Source: Candidatus Latescibacterota bacterium (lineage in GTDB: Bacteria > Latescibacterota > UBA2968 > UBA8231). From it: a stretch of 64,000 nucleotides of DNA. Both the position numbers and the translations under genes were made by a program. The notes below the pieces were generated by a model that saw nothing but the letters and a program-made list of their open reading frames with translations, did no database searches and was not told where the DNA came from. The stretch is taken from positions 992,001-1,056,000 of the forward strand of contig CBDAOB010000005.1 in NCBI GenBank assembly GCA_965197905.1, written 5' to 3'. Shown in pieces: positions 18,815-28,778 of the stretch. How positions within the stretch are numbered: the stretch's first letter is position 1; every line of letters begins with the position of its first letter.

Positions 18815-19294
18815 TTGTCCGCGCAGTTCGCGGAATCGATCTCTCGGAATTTCCTCGGTATCAACGACGGGGGGGCTTACCCAACGCTCGAGGTTATAGC
18901 CTCAACACGAAATCGGCCTCCCCAATGGGATGCGAAGCAATTCGAGGAGTATTGGAGAGCTCAGACGCTTCGGGAAGTAGCGGGCGAGATAAAGGACAGT
19001 ACTACTGTGATCGAATTCAACGGAACTCCGGTTGGTCGGCTCCGCATCGTTCGCCCCGGTGGCGAAATCTTTATTGGCGGCATACAGATACTTCCCAATT
19101 ATCAGCGAGCGGGACTTGGCAGTCGCCTCGTTCGCTCTATGACTGAGGAAGCGCGAGGGCAAGCATTGCCGTTGACACTAGAAGTAGAAAAGGACAATCC
19201 AGACGCCAAGCGACTCTATGCCCGACTGGGCTTCAACGTAGTCGCAGATCTCGAATATCAAGAGCGCATGGAGCTACGTGTTACTGGTACATAG
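18815..19294 (+). CDS. GNAT N-acetyltransferase (5' end uncertain or truncated)
   Basis: IQILPNYQRAGLGS, LEVEKDNPDAKRLYARLGF. Confidence 0.75.
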   Translation: MSAQFAESISRNFLGINDGGAYPTLEVIASTRNRPPQWDAKQFEEYWRAQTLREVAGEIKDSTTVIEFNGTPVGRLRIVRPGGEIFIGGIQILPNYQRAGLGSRLVRSMTEEARGQALPLTLEVEKDNPDAKRLYARLGFNVVADLEYQERMELRVTGT

Positions 19295-19435
19295 ATCCTT
19301 GCGATTGAATTGTAAATTGAGTGCTTCACGTCACTTAGATCCTTGGCCTTCGGTACCGCCTCGCGGTTCGCAGACCGGCGCAACGATCTGAGACATGGAA
19401 GCGAATAGCACCATGTCAAACCTGGACATAGGGTG

Positions 19436-19609
19436 ATGCGGGACGAAGACGTTGAGCAGATTCGATCAATGCTTGCCCAGGGGCTAGACGCGAACGAGGC
19501 GTTCGTGTGCGCATTCTACGCAGCCTGGTTGGAGGGCACTCGGGTGAAATTTAAGCCCAATGAGGACCTTAGACAATTGGTCGAATCATCCATTAAATTG
19601 GACAACTAG
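19436..19609 (+). CDS. Small hypothetical ORF, possibly an ankyrin-like remnant
   Basis: 57 aa; DVEQIRSMLAQGLDAN weakly resembles one ankyrin repeat. Confidence 0.25.
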   Translation: MRDEDVEQIRSMLAQGLDANEAFVCAFYAAWLEGTRVKFKPNEDLRQLVESSIKLDN

Positions 19610-19698
19610 TGGTTGTCCGAACAGGGGCCGTCTTTCCTGGTTGAAGCCCATTGTTCAGAGACATAACCTCACACCAACCTTGAAGGGAGATGATTAGA

Positions 19699-20127
19699 AT
19701 GGCACAGATTAAACACATTGCTATTGCGACCCAGGACGCTGACAAGACCGCCAAGTTTTATGTTGAGGTCCTTGGGCTGAAGCAAATTGCCAAGGTGGAT
19801 AGCCCCAATGCATCGGGCTATTACCTCAGCGATGGCAATATCAACATGGCTATCCTTAACTTTAAGAACGATCAGGTTGCTGGCCCCGAGTACGGTCAGA
19901 ACTACAGCGGCATCCACCATATCGGGTTCGAGGTGGAATGCATAGAGGAGGTAGCCAAGAAGTTGGAAGAGGCTCACTCCAGTCCCAGGGAGGAAATAAA
20001 CCAGGCCCTCGGTCTGGACAAGGATGGTCCCCGCCATGCCAACGTAGAGGTCAAATACGGCGGACCAGATGGAGTCATCATCGATGTTTCCGAGACCGGT
20101 TGGGTTGGCACCCGCGGGCTAGACTAG
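19699..20127 (+). CDS. VOC family protein
   Basis: IKHIAIATQD..KTAKFY, GIHHIGFEVE, GPDGVIIDVS; GGAG RBS. Confidence 0.88.
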   Translation: MAQIKHIAIATQDADKTAKFYVEVLGLKQIAKVDSPNASGYYLSDGNINMAILNFKNDQVAGPEYGQNYSGIHHIGFEVECIEEVAKKLEEAHSSPREEINQALGLDKDGPRHANVEVKYGGPDGVIIDVSETGWVGTRGLD

Positions 20128-20262
20128 ACGGCCTACGTCATCTAACATTGAGTGACCGGCTCCATTTTAGTTTGCCTAACTGCTTCGTAGTTCGGTCACT
20201 CAAAACTCGTTATGTGCCATCGGTATGAACGACAATATCGACATCAAGCCGAGAGGGTGTCT

Positions 20263-20613
20263 ATGAAGGTTCGGAGCACATGGTTAATCCACTACGTGTA
20301 CGATATGGATCGCGCAAAGAATTTCTATATGAAGATTTTTCAGGTTAAACCTACAAAGGAGTCAGAGGGTTGGACGGAACTGGATCTCGGCTCCATGGTA
20401 TTGGCATTGCACAGCCTTCCTGCTGGAAACGCAGGTACCATGCCTCATGCGGGACTAAGTCTGAATGTAGATAACCTGGATGAGGTTCAAGCAGATGTAG
20501 AGCTACATGGGGGACGACTGATCGAAGTCCGCGAAAGGCACGGTCACGTACCAGAGCAGCGCTGCTTCGAAGATTCCGAGGGGAATGGCTTTGAGTGTAG
20601 CGATGGACGATAG
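20263..20613 (+). CDS. VOC family protein
   Basis: YVYDMDRAKNFY, LNVDNLD, FEDSEGNGFE. Confidence 0.82.
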   Translation: MKVRSTWLIHYVYDMDRAKNFYMKIFQVKPTKESEGWTELDLGSMVLALHSLPAGNAGTMPHAGLSLNVDNLDEVQADVELHGGRLIEVRERHGHVPEQRCFEDSEGNGFECSDGR

Positions 20614-20633
20614 AGACCTAGAGCGTCACTTGA

Positions 20634-20995
20634 GTGGTTCGTGAAGCGACGGAGTCTCAGAGTACCTTCAAGACGGCAGCACGGCGACTCAAGTGGTCCG
20701 ATCTCGATGAGGAGGGGTGGGTGTGTCGCATTCAACGCCAGCATTCACGTAAGCACGGAATGACGACCACGAAGACTGCAGCCAGTGAAGCGGCGATCCC
20801 TATTCCGTCCGTACTGATCGACTCCTTAACGGGCGCGACTTTCTGGAAACGGTTTGAGGGCACCGCGTCAGGTCGGTCGTGCAAGCGGATTTACGGCATG
20901 AACGCCAGCATGTTACGGATGTTTATGTGCGATACGATGCTGAAGCGTTACGACCCTACATCGAGGAGTTGGCCGATTTGGCCACAAACTCAGGG
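20634..20995 (+). pseudogene. Tyrosine recombinase/integrase remnant A
   Basis: LKWSDLD...IQRQ...TKTAASEAAIPIP, then across indels TGATF...APRQV.VQA..LRHERQHVTDVYVRYD (catalytic His and Tyr region). Confidence 0.7.
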
Positions 20996-21060
20996 AATTG
21001 TGCCCGCTACTGGTTGATACTGGTGAACGGTTACCTCTGAAAAAGGGGTTACTATCCCGT
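20982..21060 (+). repeat. Conserved tail downstream of integrase remnant A, homologous to 26615-26682
   Basis: CCACAAACTCA...CTGGTTGATACTGGTG...TACCTCTGAAAAAGGGGTTACTATCCCGT aligns with CCACAAACTCA...CTGGCTGACACTGATG...TACCTCTGAGAAGTGGTTACTATTCCGT. Confidence 0.7.
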
Positions 21061-21072
21061 GGCCGTACTGAA

Positions 21073-21141
21073 GAGATCGAAGAGATATTTCTGTTCGGGG
21101 GTCACTACTTAACTCTAATGAAAACAGTTATTTGAGAATTC
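21073..21141. repeat. Direct repeat copy 2: orphan PhyH 5' fragment (VTPEQKYLFDL) with upstream region (candidate att site)
   Basis: 64/69 identical to 17789-17857. The minus-strand reading frame stops a few codons after ...FDL. Confidence 0.85.
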
Positions 21142-21343
21142 CTCTTGAATGGTTTTCCCAAAAGCTCGATTGCGATTTGTGAAAAGGTATGAGAATATAG
21201 CTCAATGCGGCGGGTCGTGACAGTTGGTTGCCGACATCTTGTGCCGTGCCCAAAATGTCCCCCTCCCACTGGTAATTTCCCGTGTGTTTTTGACTACGGA
21301 GCGCGTTTAGCAGATACACTGCGTTCTCGAATACGGTGTCAAA

Positions 21344-22411
21344 ATGAGAGAAGTCCTTCTTCAATGGTTGGTATGTATCGAGTGTAACGGGGATCTTGCT
21401 TTGGAAATCATCAGGAGGGAAGGGAGTGAAATTCGAGAAGGGTTTCTTCACTGCACATGTGGTCAGAAATATGCGATTATCCGTGGCGTGCCACGGATGC
21501 TTACCAATGCTTTTGACCGAAAGCTCGAGGAAGTTTATCCAGGCTTCATTGCGAAAGATCGTGCGTTATCGTCGGAGGAGAATCCCAAAACCGTCAATGC
21601 TCACACAGCGGAGAAACTAGATACCATCGACCGATTTGGTTACGAGTGGACCTACTTCTCCGATTATGCATGTGACAACTTCGAGCCGTTTGTAAGCCAC
21701 CTGCCAAACGGGTTCTTCAACGGAACACTTGGGCTTGATGTGGGGTGCGGTGCTGGGAGGCATGTACACCTTGCGAGCGAAAAGGGAGTAGATTCGATAA
21801 TAGGCATTGATCTCTCGAACGCAGTTGATACAGCATATGACAACAATTCATCCAATGATCGCGTTCACATTGTTCAAACGGATGTCTTCAAGCTCCCATT
21901 TCGTGAGCGGACATTCGATTTCATTTATAGCCTCGGCGTACTCCACCATGTACCGAGCCCGAAGGCAGCCTACTTGTCACTCAGGAAGTATTTGAAGCCG
22001 GGTGGTGCGTTGTTTGTGTGGCTCTATGCTTATGGGTTGCGAAAAGTTGCACTCGAGTCGCTGCGATTTATCGCAAAATATTTCTCAAGCCGAAGCATTC
22101 GACGCATGGCGTTTCTCTGTAATCTGCTAGACTACGGAGTTTTCGTAACTCTTTACAGGTTTTTCCGCCAAATACCTTACATCGGACCAATTATTCAGCG
22201 GGTTGCCCCTTTACGTATCAAAGAATATGCCGAATACGGTTACCATGTGTCCTATACAGATTGGTATGACCGGCTCTCAGCTCCCATCACCAATTACTAC
22301 AAAGACCACGAGATGCGTAACTGGCTCGCGAGTAGCGCGCTTTGCAGTACGCGTCTCATCAAGGAGGGCGATTCTTGGTGGTGGTTATATGGTGAACGGG
22401 AGAACCGGTGA
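21344..22411 (+). CDS. Class I SAM-dependent methyltransferase with N-terminal Trm112-like domain
   Basis: LVCIECNGDL...LHCTCGQKYAIIRGVPRM; FGYEW; LDVGCGAGRH; FDFIYSLGVLHH; LKPGG. Visibly lower GC than the flanks. Confidence 0.88.
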   Translation: MREVLLQWLVCIECNGDLALEIIRREGSEIREGFLHCTCGQKYAIIRGVPRMLTNAFDRKLEEVYPGFIAKDRALSSEENPKTVNAHTAEKLDTIDRFGYEWTYFSDYACDNFEPFVSHLPNGFFNGTLGLDVGCGAGRHVHLASEKGVDSIIGIDLSNAVDTAYDNNSSNDRVHIVQTDVFKLPFRERTFDFIYSLGVLHHVPSPKAAYLSLRKYLKPGGALFVWLYAYGLRKVALESLRFIAKYFSSRSIRRMAFLCNLLDYGVFVTLYRFFRQIPYIGPIIQRVAPLRIKEYAEYGYHVSYTDWYDRLSAPITNYYKDHEMRNWLASSALCSTRLIKEGDSWWWLYGERENR

Positions 22412-23550
22412 ACATTCTGATCGCCGGAACAGATTTCCCACCCAACTGGGGTGGGATCAGCACCTATACGACGCAATTGGCATCATCGCTTGCGAAGAAA
22501 TGCAGTGTGATAGTGTTGAGCCCTGGACCTGGCATACCGGAGTTTGACGATTCCCAACCTTATCGTATCGTGCGAACACCAGCCATCCCGTTCTTTCGGC
22601 TCTGCTGTTTTCTTCTCTTTGTCCCGTGGGCTATTCGAGAATTCAAGGTCAACGTTGTACTCCATACTGTGTGGACTACGTCCCTAGTCAGCCACTTATG
22701 GCATAAACTCATGCCTGTGCCGTATTTCGTCGCCATCCATGGCTCCGAAATTCTTGACGATCATCATTCCTGGCGGCGTCGGCTAAAGCGGTTGCTAGGA
22801 TCTTGGAGAAAGTTAGCGCTAAGAAAGGCGGGCGGAGTTTTTCCGGTGAGCCAGTACAGCGCGAAGTTGGCGGAGTGTGAGGGTGTAAACAAGGAACGTA
22901 TCAAGGTCATCCCAAACGGTGTGGATCCAGTTCGTTTTTTCCCTCGGTACGGGTCTAGTATACAAGATCACGTGGGAACACTGCTTACGGTTGCACGCTT
23001 AGATCTCCACAAGGGCCACGACCATGTCCTCCAAGCGTTGGCGATTCTGAAGCGGAATGGGTTGGAAGCACGCTATATCATCGCCGGTGAAGGAGATGAG
23101 AAAGAACGGCTCTGCAATATGACGACAGAGCTTGGTCTAGAAGAGCAAGTCACTTTCAAAGGTTTTGTTTCGGACCTCGAACTACCCTTGCTGTATCAAA
23201 AGGCAGACGTATTTATCATGGCAAGCAGAGAGGTTCCGGGGCGAGTCGACATGATCGAAGGGTTTGGCCTCTCGTACTTAGAGGCTAGTGCAAGTGGGTT
23301 ACCCGTCATCGGTGGGCGTTCAGGTGGAACGTCCGATGCGATTCGCGACGGAGTTACCGGGTTCCTGGTAGACCCAAATGATATCTTTGAAATCGAGCGA
23401 GCGATACGTCGCCTTCTGACAGATAAGGACCTTTGCAGTCGAATGGGTGAAGAAGGTCGGCGTTGGACAGAGGCAGAGATGAACTGGGATGAAGTTAGCG
23501 AAAAGATGCTCGCGCATATGAGTGCGTTTCATCAAGTTGCAAATTCTTGA
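22408..23550 (+). CDS. Glycosyltransferase family 4 protein
   Basis: DFPPNWGGI, VIPNGVD, LTVARLDLHKGHD, EGFGLSYLEASASGLPVIGG. Confidence 0.92.
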   Translation: MNILIAGTDFPPNWGGISTYTTQLASSLAKKCSVIVLSPGPGIPEFDDSQPYRIVRTPAIPFFRLCCFLLFVPWAIREFKVNVVLHTVWTTSLVSHLWHKLMPVPYFVAIHGSEILDDHHSWRRRLKRLLGSWRKLALRKAGGVFPVSQYSAKLAECEGVNKERIKVIPNGVDPVRFFPRYGSSIQDHVGTLLTVARLDLHKGHDHVLQALAILKRNGLEARYIIAGEGDEKERLCNMTTELGLEEQVTFKGFVSDLELPLLYQKADVFIMASREVPGRVDMIEGFGLSYLEASASGLPVIGGRSGGTSDAIRDGVTGFLVDPNDIFEIERAIRRLLTDKDLCSRMGEEGRRWTEAEMNWDEVSEKMLAHMSAFHQVANS

Positions 23551-23684
23551 TGTCACAATTCTAGGACCAATAGCGTGTAAATCTGATCTGCAAAGTTGTG
23601 TATGACGTTTCTGGATGAACAGCGTAAGTACTCCGGTTTACTCTATTGGCGAGAGCGGCTGATAAAGCGAATACCGTGGTAAAC

Positions 23685-26213
23685 CTAGAGCAGCCGGCCA
23701 TACTCGGTAAAGCCGACCAGCCCGCGCACAAAGAACGACCACCCATCAAATTCTCTTAAACGCTGAAGCGGATCGTCGAAGTCCGCCTCGTCTCGGTTGA
23801 AGCCGATGATCGTATGCAGATCGTAGCCAAAATAGCGCGAAGAGTTGGTAAGGCTAATAAAGGTGGAGCGCCGCTCAAAACTTTCGCGCTTCTGGGTCCT
23901 GTTTTTAAGCCGATAGGGCACCGGCCCCCAGCCTTGCACCCCGGCTTGCAGCATCGCCCGGCTCATTAAGGGATGCGCTACTTTGAGGATCGGAATCACC
24001 TGGTCCTCGAATCTCAGATCCCGGTCGGCCTCCCGGTCCCGCAACCGCAGGTATAAATATTTGAACTGCGGCACCACTCTCAACTTGCCCCAATGCCAGG
24101 TATAATCCACCCGGCTGACCACGCCCCAGAAGTCGAGCCGGCGCGCGCGCTGGAAGCGCTCGCTGGCCAGCCGGCCTCCCTGCTGCCAGTTGAGCCGCAG
24201 GCGCAACCGCTGCGACAGGTTCAACGTCGACCACGGCTGCAGCCGCCCCTCCAGGTAGGACTCGTTGACATAGCTGTTCTGGTAGAACAGCAGATCCGGG
24301 TGCGGCTTGATGTCCGCCGCAACGTCGGTCACAACCCCTGAACCCCTGCTCGTTGGAAGGTCTACGGTGACCAGGCGGATTCCCCGACTGAATTCATTGT
24401 ATTCATCGGGGATATCGTCGTGCACCCGGCGGAAGTGGTTCTCGAAAAGGAGCCGCCGCAACCACGCGATCCCCTCCTTGCGGTAGCTCAACAGGGCATA
24501 GAGCGAGCGGTTGCGCCCACAGCTGGCCAGGCCCTTGATGGCATAACGCCCCACCCCCAGAGACCAGTGACGGCTCAGATCCACCCGCCCGAAGAGATGG
24601 TAGCCGCGTTGGTCCGCATCGTACGGATAGTCCGGCTCCCAATCGTCCTCGCGCCGATCCGGCTCGTCGTTGTGGTTGCGGTCCAGGCCATAGACATATT
24701 CGTTGGGCTCCACCTCGTACATCAGAAAGATCTCTTCGTAGTCGGGGGTGCCGTTGAAATTGCGATCCGTATCCACCAGGCCGTCGTTGTCCTCGTCCTG
24801 ACCCGGGGAAACCCCATCCCCGTGTAAAAAGCGCCGTGTTTTCGCCCACCTGAAAGCGCACCCGCTTGAGATTCGACCCATCCGTCACACTCCCCGGGCC
24901 CGCCGCACCGGGCGGTAGAAGGTACTGCGAAACCAATTCTCGAATTTCGGGGTGCTCTGCTCGATCGAATACACCCCGGCCCATTCCACCCGGTAGTCAT
25001 TGCCCACAACCGCTTCCACCTCTACCGACTCGACATAGGGTTCCCGCCCCAGATCGAAGAGGTAGATCAGTTGCTCGTCCCCATCGGCGTGCAGGATCTT
25101 TGCCGGTGCCTCCAGCGCGAGATTCGCCAGTAGCCCCTCTAAATTGGTGTTGCCGCTCACGTCTTCGCCTGCTTCATATGCCAGGCGATAGAGATAGTCG
25201 GCAAAGGTCGGTATCTCTCGCCCCCGGTAATAGCTGGAAGGATCTTGGAACCCGGTGTAGTTGGTCCGAACAAATGCACCTGTCGAGAGCGTGTGCCCTA
25301 CCTGGGATAAGACGCCGGTCCGCTGCCGGATCACCTGCGCTTGCAGATCGGGGCGCACCCGGCCATTGAGGATCAGCTGCACCTCCTGGACCACGGCCCC
25401 ACCCCGGCCGTCGGTGGGCGCGTCATCCGAAATGCGCACGATGAGCCACTCGTACAGCGGCTGATCCCGCCGCAGTTGTCCTTTCATACTGTTGTTCGGC
25501 TCCGTGCTGTTGTAGCTGTGCAGGTTCACCCCGTTCAGCCCGAGGTGCAGCGCGCCCAGCTCGGCCTGAACGCGGCCGCCGGCAAGCAAGGTGGAATGGT
25601 CGACTTCGACCTCTGCGGCATTTTCGGAGCTAAAGGACGACTCTCTATTCGGCCGGGCAATGCGCGAGCCCACACCGGTGAACTTCACGTGGGGCAGAGA
25701 CACGTCCATGCGCAAACCGTTGAGGTCCGTCTTCGACAGGGTCAGCGGCGTGAGGCGGGCGATCAAGCCGTCGCCGACGATGGCGCCGTAGCCCCAGCCC
25801 CTGTAGCCGTCGCTCGCCACCACCACATTGTTGAACTCATCCGACCAACTCGGCCAGTCTTTGAAGAGCTCGCTGCCCCAGCGCTGTTCCGGCTGGCGGC
25901 GCTCGATCCAAGTGAACAGATCGTAGCCGGTCGCCAGGTAATCCCCCAGGGGGCCCCACAAGGCCTGCGGGCGCGAAATCTCGCTCATATCTAGCCGGGT
26001 TGCTCTCCCGGGCTGCCGCTGGCCCCAGGTGTGATCCGCGTAGTTGGTGTAGAGATCAAAGGCAAAATTCCTGTAGGATGGCCGCTCATAGCGCAGGAAA
26101 GGCCGTGGTCCCAGTACTTCGGGAGGCGCCAGGCGCGGCGCCTCCTCTGCACCCATGGTTGTCCATGCGAGCAGCACAACGCTGCAATAGCTATGAAACG
26201 ATCGGTGGTTCAA
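23685..26213 (-). pseudogene. Large secreted hypothetical protein with Asp-rich Ca-binding-like motifs, disrupted by frameshifts and a probable internal deletion near 24820-24890
   Basis: Signal-peptide-like N-terminus. The two ORFs (24885-26213 and 23685-24881) are bridged by a third-frame segment GSVTDGSNLKRVRFQVGENTALFT. Motifs DEDNDG, DRNFNGTPDY, DRNHNDEPD; C-terminal part has amphipathic beta-strand character. Confidence 0.65.
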
Positions 26214-26397
26214 AAATTCACCGCCAGATCTCCATCTGAAAGGTCAATTCAGACAGGCCCCGTCCGTCCTCAGCCCGTGGACTAACCAGCACGCGATGGC
26301 CACCGCGCCGCTGTGGGCTTTGGGTAGAAGGAAAAGGAGGGGAAGGAAAGCAGCAACCCAAAAAAACCCCTGCTGGCCACCCTGACCGTGGGAATGA

Positions 26398-26600
26398 GCG
26401 GATCGCGGAGAACGCCGGCGCACGGCGCGTCAGCGAGCATACCTTGAGAAAAACAGGTGCGACAGCTCTGTAGGTTGAGTTGGGCGCACCCCGTCAGATC
26501 GTGCAGCGCTACGGCATCGACGTCAGAGCGTGACGGATGCGTAGGTGAATCACGACTCAGAAGCCGTCCGAGAAGTTGGCGGCTATGGTCACGGACGGTT
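26398..26600 (+). pseudogene. Tyrosine recombinase/integrase remnant B (C-terminal part, not in the ORF track)
   Basis: RIAENAGARRVSEHTLRKTGATAL*VELGAPRQIVQ / ALRHRRQSVTDA*VNHD: HxLR and LRH motifs, with the catalytic Tyr codon now TAG. Homologous to remnant A. Confidence 0.75.
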
Positions 26601-26614
26601 TGCCCTTAACTTGC

Positions 26615-26682
26615 CCACAAACTCACCCGATTCTGGCTGACACTGATGCATGACTACCTCTGAGAAGTGGTTACTATTCCGT
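26615..26682 (+). repeat. Conserved tail downstream of integrase remnant B
   Basis: Homologous to 20982-21060. Confidence 0.7.
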
Positions 26683-26705
26683 ACCATTCGGTCAATGGAG
26701 CGCCT

Positions 26706-26734
26706 TTGATTGGGGTCGACGAGGGCGCTATATT
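26706..26734 (+). promoter_or_regulatory. Putative sigma70 promoter TTGATT-N17-TATATT
   Basis: 17-bp spacing; ends 27 bp upstream of the Gfo/Idh/MocA ORF. Confidence 0.5.
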
Positions 26735-26761
26735 GACCAGGCGCCGTGCTGAATAGAAAGG

Positions 26762-28036
26762 TTGGCTGTGGAAAAGATTCCGATCTGCATAGTCGGATGT
26801 GGCGGCATGGGTCATCGTCACCTTCTCGCCTACAAGGCTCTCGAAGATAGCGGCATCGCCAACGTCGACCTCGTCGCGTTGTGCGACGTCCGCCCGGAGA
26901 GCACTGCCCTATGCGCTGGCGAAATGGAGCGTGTGTTCGGGCGTACGCCGATGGTGTTCAGCGATCTGGATGAGGTGCTGGCGCACCCCGATATTGCCGC
27001 AGTGGACGTTGTTACCGACGGCTCGACGCATCACGAGATTGCCGTGCCTGCCCTCAAGGCCGGCAAACACGCGTTGGTGGAAAAACCTCTCGGCATAACG
27101 ATGCGCGCTTGCCGCGCGATGATCGATGCTGCCCAGGCCGGTGGCGCGGTCCTCGCCACCGCAGAAAACTATCGTCGCGATCCGCCCAACCGGCTTGCCC
27201 GGGCCATTATCGACTCGGGACTCTTGGGAACGATCCATACGATGCTCCAGATCTCGGTTGGTGGCGACGACGGGATCGCTATCACGCCCTGGCGGCACCT
27301 AAAAAACAAGGGAGCGATCGGCCTGGATATGGGTGTCCACTTCGCCGACATCATCCGCTATTACACCGGGGAGTACGAGCAGATATTCGGCACTGGTTTC
27401 ATCGTTGAACCGGTGCGCCGGCGCCCCGAGGGTTATGACGACCACCCGCTGGTTTCGTATCGTGAGCGGGCAAAAACCTATCCCGACCAGGTAGAAGCAA
27501 CCGGGGAAGACTCCGTAGTCGCCCTCTACCGCATGTCATCCGGTGTTTTCGCACAGCTTACAATGACAGCGGGTAGAGGAGGAAGAACCTGGGAACGCAG
27601 CGTCCATGGTCAGCTTGGATCTCTCTACTCGGAAGGGGATCGGAGTGGCAGGCCGATCAGGTTACAGTTGAAGGAGCGGGAGTTGGTGGGGCGGGAGATC
27701 CTGGAGTTGGTGCCCGACTTTGAATTGAACGAGATTACGGAACGGCTGTTCGGAAAGCGAGCAGTCGACTACGACATGCCCGCGCACGAAGACCATCCCG
27801 GATATGCCATCGACGCTCGACATCTTGCCATCGAATACCACGACTTCGGCGAAGCCATTTTGAACGGCCGGCCACCGGAAGTGGATGGACTTGGCGGCAT
27901 GAAAGCAGTGGCCGCCCTGGTGGGGGCGTATGAGTCGGCTGAGTTGGGTCGCGCCGTCTCCATGGAGGAGATGTTGTCCGGGTCGGTGGATAGCTACCAG
28001 CGCGAGATCGACGTAGCTCTTGGTCTGGTGCAATGA
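26762..28036 (+). CDS. Gfo/Idh/MocA family oxidoreductase
   Basis: IVGCGGMG, GKHALVEKP, AENYRRDP, LDMGVH. Confidence 0.92.
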   Translation: MAVEKIPICIVGCGGMGHRHLLAYKALEDSGIANVDLVALCDVRPESTALCAGEMERVFGRTPMVFSDLDEVLAHPDIAAVDVVTDGSTHHEIAVPALKAGKHALVEKPLGITMRACRAMIDAAQAGGAVLATAENYRRDPPNRLARAIIDSGLLGTIHTMLQISVGGDDGIAITPWRHLKNKGAIGLDMGVHFADIIRYYTGEYEQIFGTGFIVEPVRRRPEGYDDHPLVSYRERAKTYPDQVEATGEDSVVALYRMSSGVFAQLTMTAGRGGRTWERSVHGQLGSLYSEGDRSGRPIRLQLKERELVGREILELVPDFELNEITERLFGKRAVDYDMPAHEDHPGYAIDARHLAIEYHDFGEAILNGRPPEVDGLGGMKAVAALVGAYESAELGRAVSMEEMLSGSVDSYQREIDVALGLVQ

Positions 28037-28077
28037 AAAAATAGCGAGAAATTATTGCTTAAAGGAAGGAGCCATCC

Positions 28078-28734
28078 ATGAAGGGTTTCACCGTATACGA
28101 TTGTAAAACGGATATCCGGAACATCCTGGTCACGCCCCAGATCCGTGCGCGGTTCTGTTATATGGAGCCCGGATCCGGTTCCCACGTCGGCGGTCACACC
28201 CACGATCTCGGCCACGAAATCTTCATCATTCTGTCCGGTCGAGTGGAGTTCAAGATCAATGGCGAGGCGCATGAGCTGGGGCCGGGTCAAATGTGTTACG
28301 CCCTGGTAGACGAACCACATACGGTACGAGCTTTGGGAGACGAACCGGTATATTTCTACTTGTCGGTTACGCCGCACATCCAGCCCACCCACACCATGTA
28401 CACGGAAGACGGCGAACGAGCTCGCCCTCATTTTCGGCCTTCCAGCGACTACAACAGCGAAACAGATGCTTCACTTCCGGTAGCGGATCATATCGATCGG
28501 TACCTCGGCACAATGAAAGAAACAGCCACGGTGGCCGAAAACTGCTCCACTCTGCAGCGGGAGCTCTCCGCTGCGCTAAAGAAAGCGGTCGCCGAGGATG
28601 ACGAAAAAGCCGCCACGGAAATTCGCGAGCAGATGTGGGAGCCGTTGCTCTCGACATTCAAGCTGATGACCGACCTCGCAGGCGAATGGAACGCGCTCTG
28701 CCCCCGAGTGGGACACGTAACCAAACATTATTAA
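28078..28734 (+). CDS. Cupin domain protein with helical C-terminal extension
   Basis: HTHDLGHEIFIILSG...EPHTV; AGGAG RBS. Confidence 0.85.
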   Translation: MKGFTVYDCKTDIRNILVTPQIRARFCYMEPGSGSHVGGHTHDLGHEIFIILSGRVEFKINGEAHELGPGQMCYALVDEPHTVRALGDEPVYFYLSVTPHIQPTHTMYTEDGERARPHFRPSSDYNSETDASLPVADHIDRYLGTMKETATVAENCSTLQRELSAALKKAVAEDDEKAATEIREQMWEPLLSTFKLMTDLAGEWNALCPRVGHVTKHY

Positions 28735-28778
28735 AGACTTGTGATTGACCCCATCACCCAACCCAGGAAGAGACCATC

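Noticed and set aside
13374..26700. Intact prophage (holin, endolysin, integrases)
   Set aside because: No structural, packaging or replication genes; the integrases are remnants and the intervening genes are metabolic.
26290..26700. Structured ncRNA or riboswitch in the long intergenic gap
   Set aside because: Most of the gap is explained by the integrase remnant and its tail; no recognisable riboswitch or tRNA motif.
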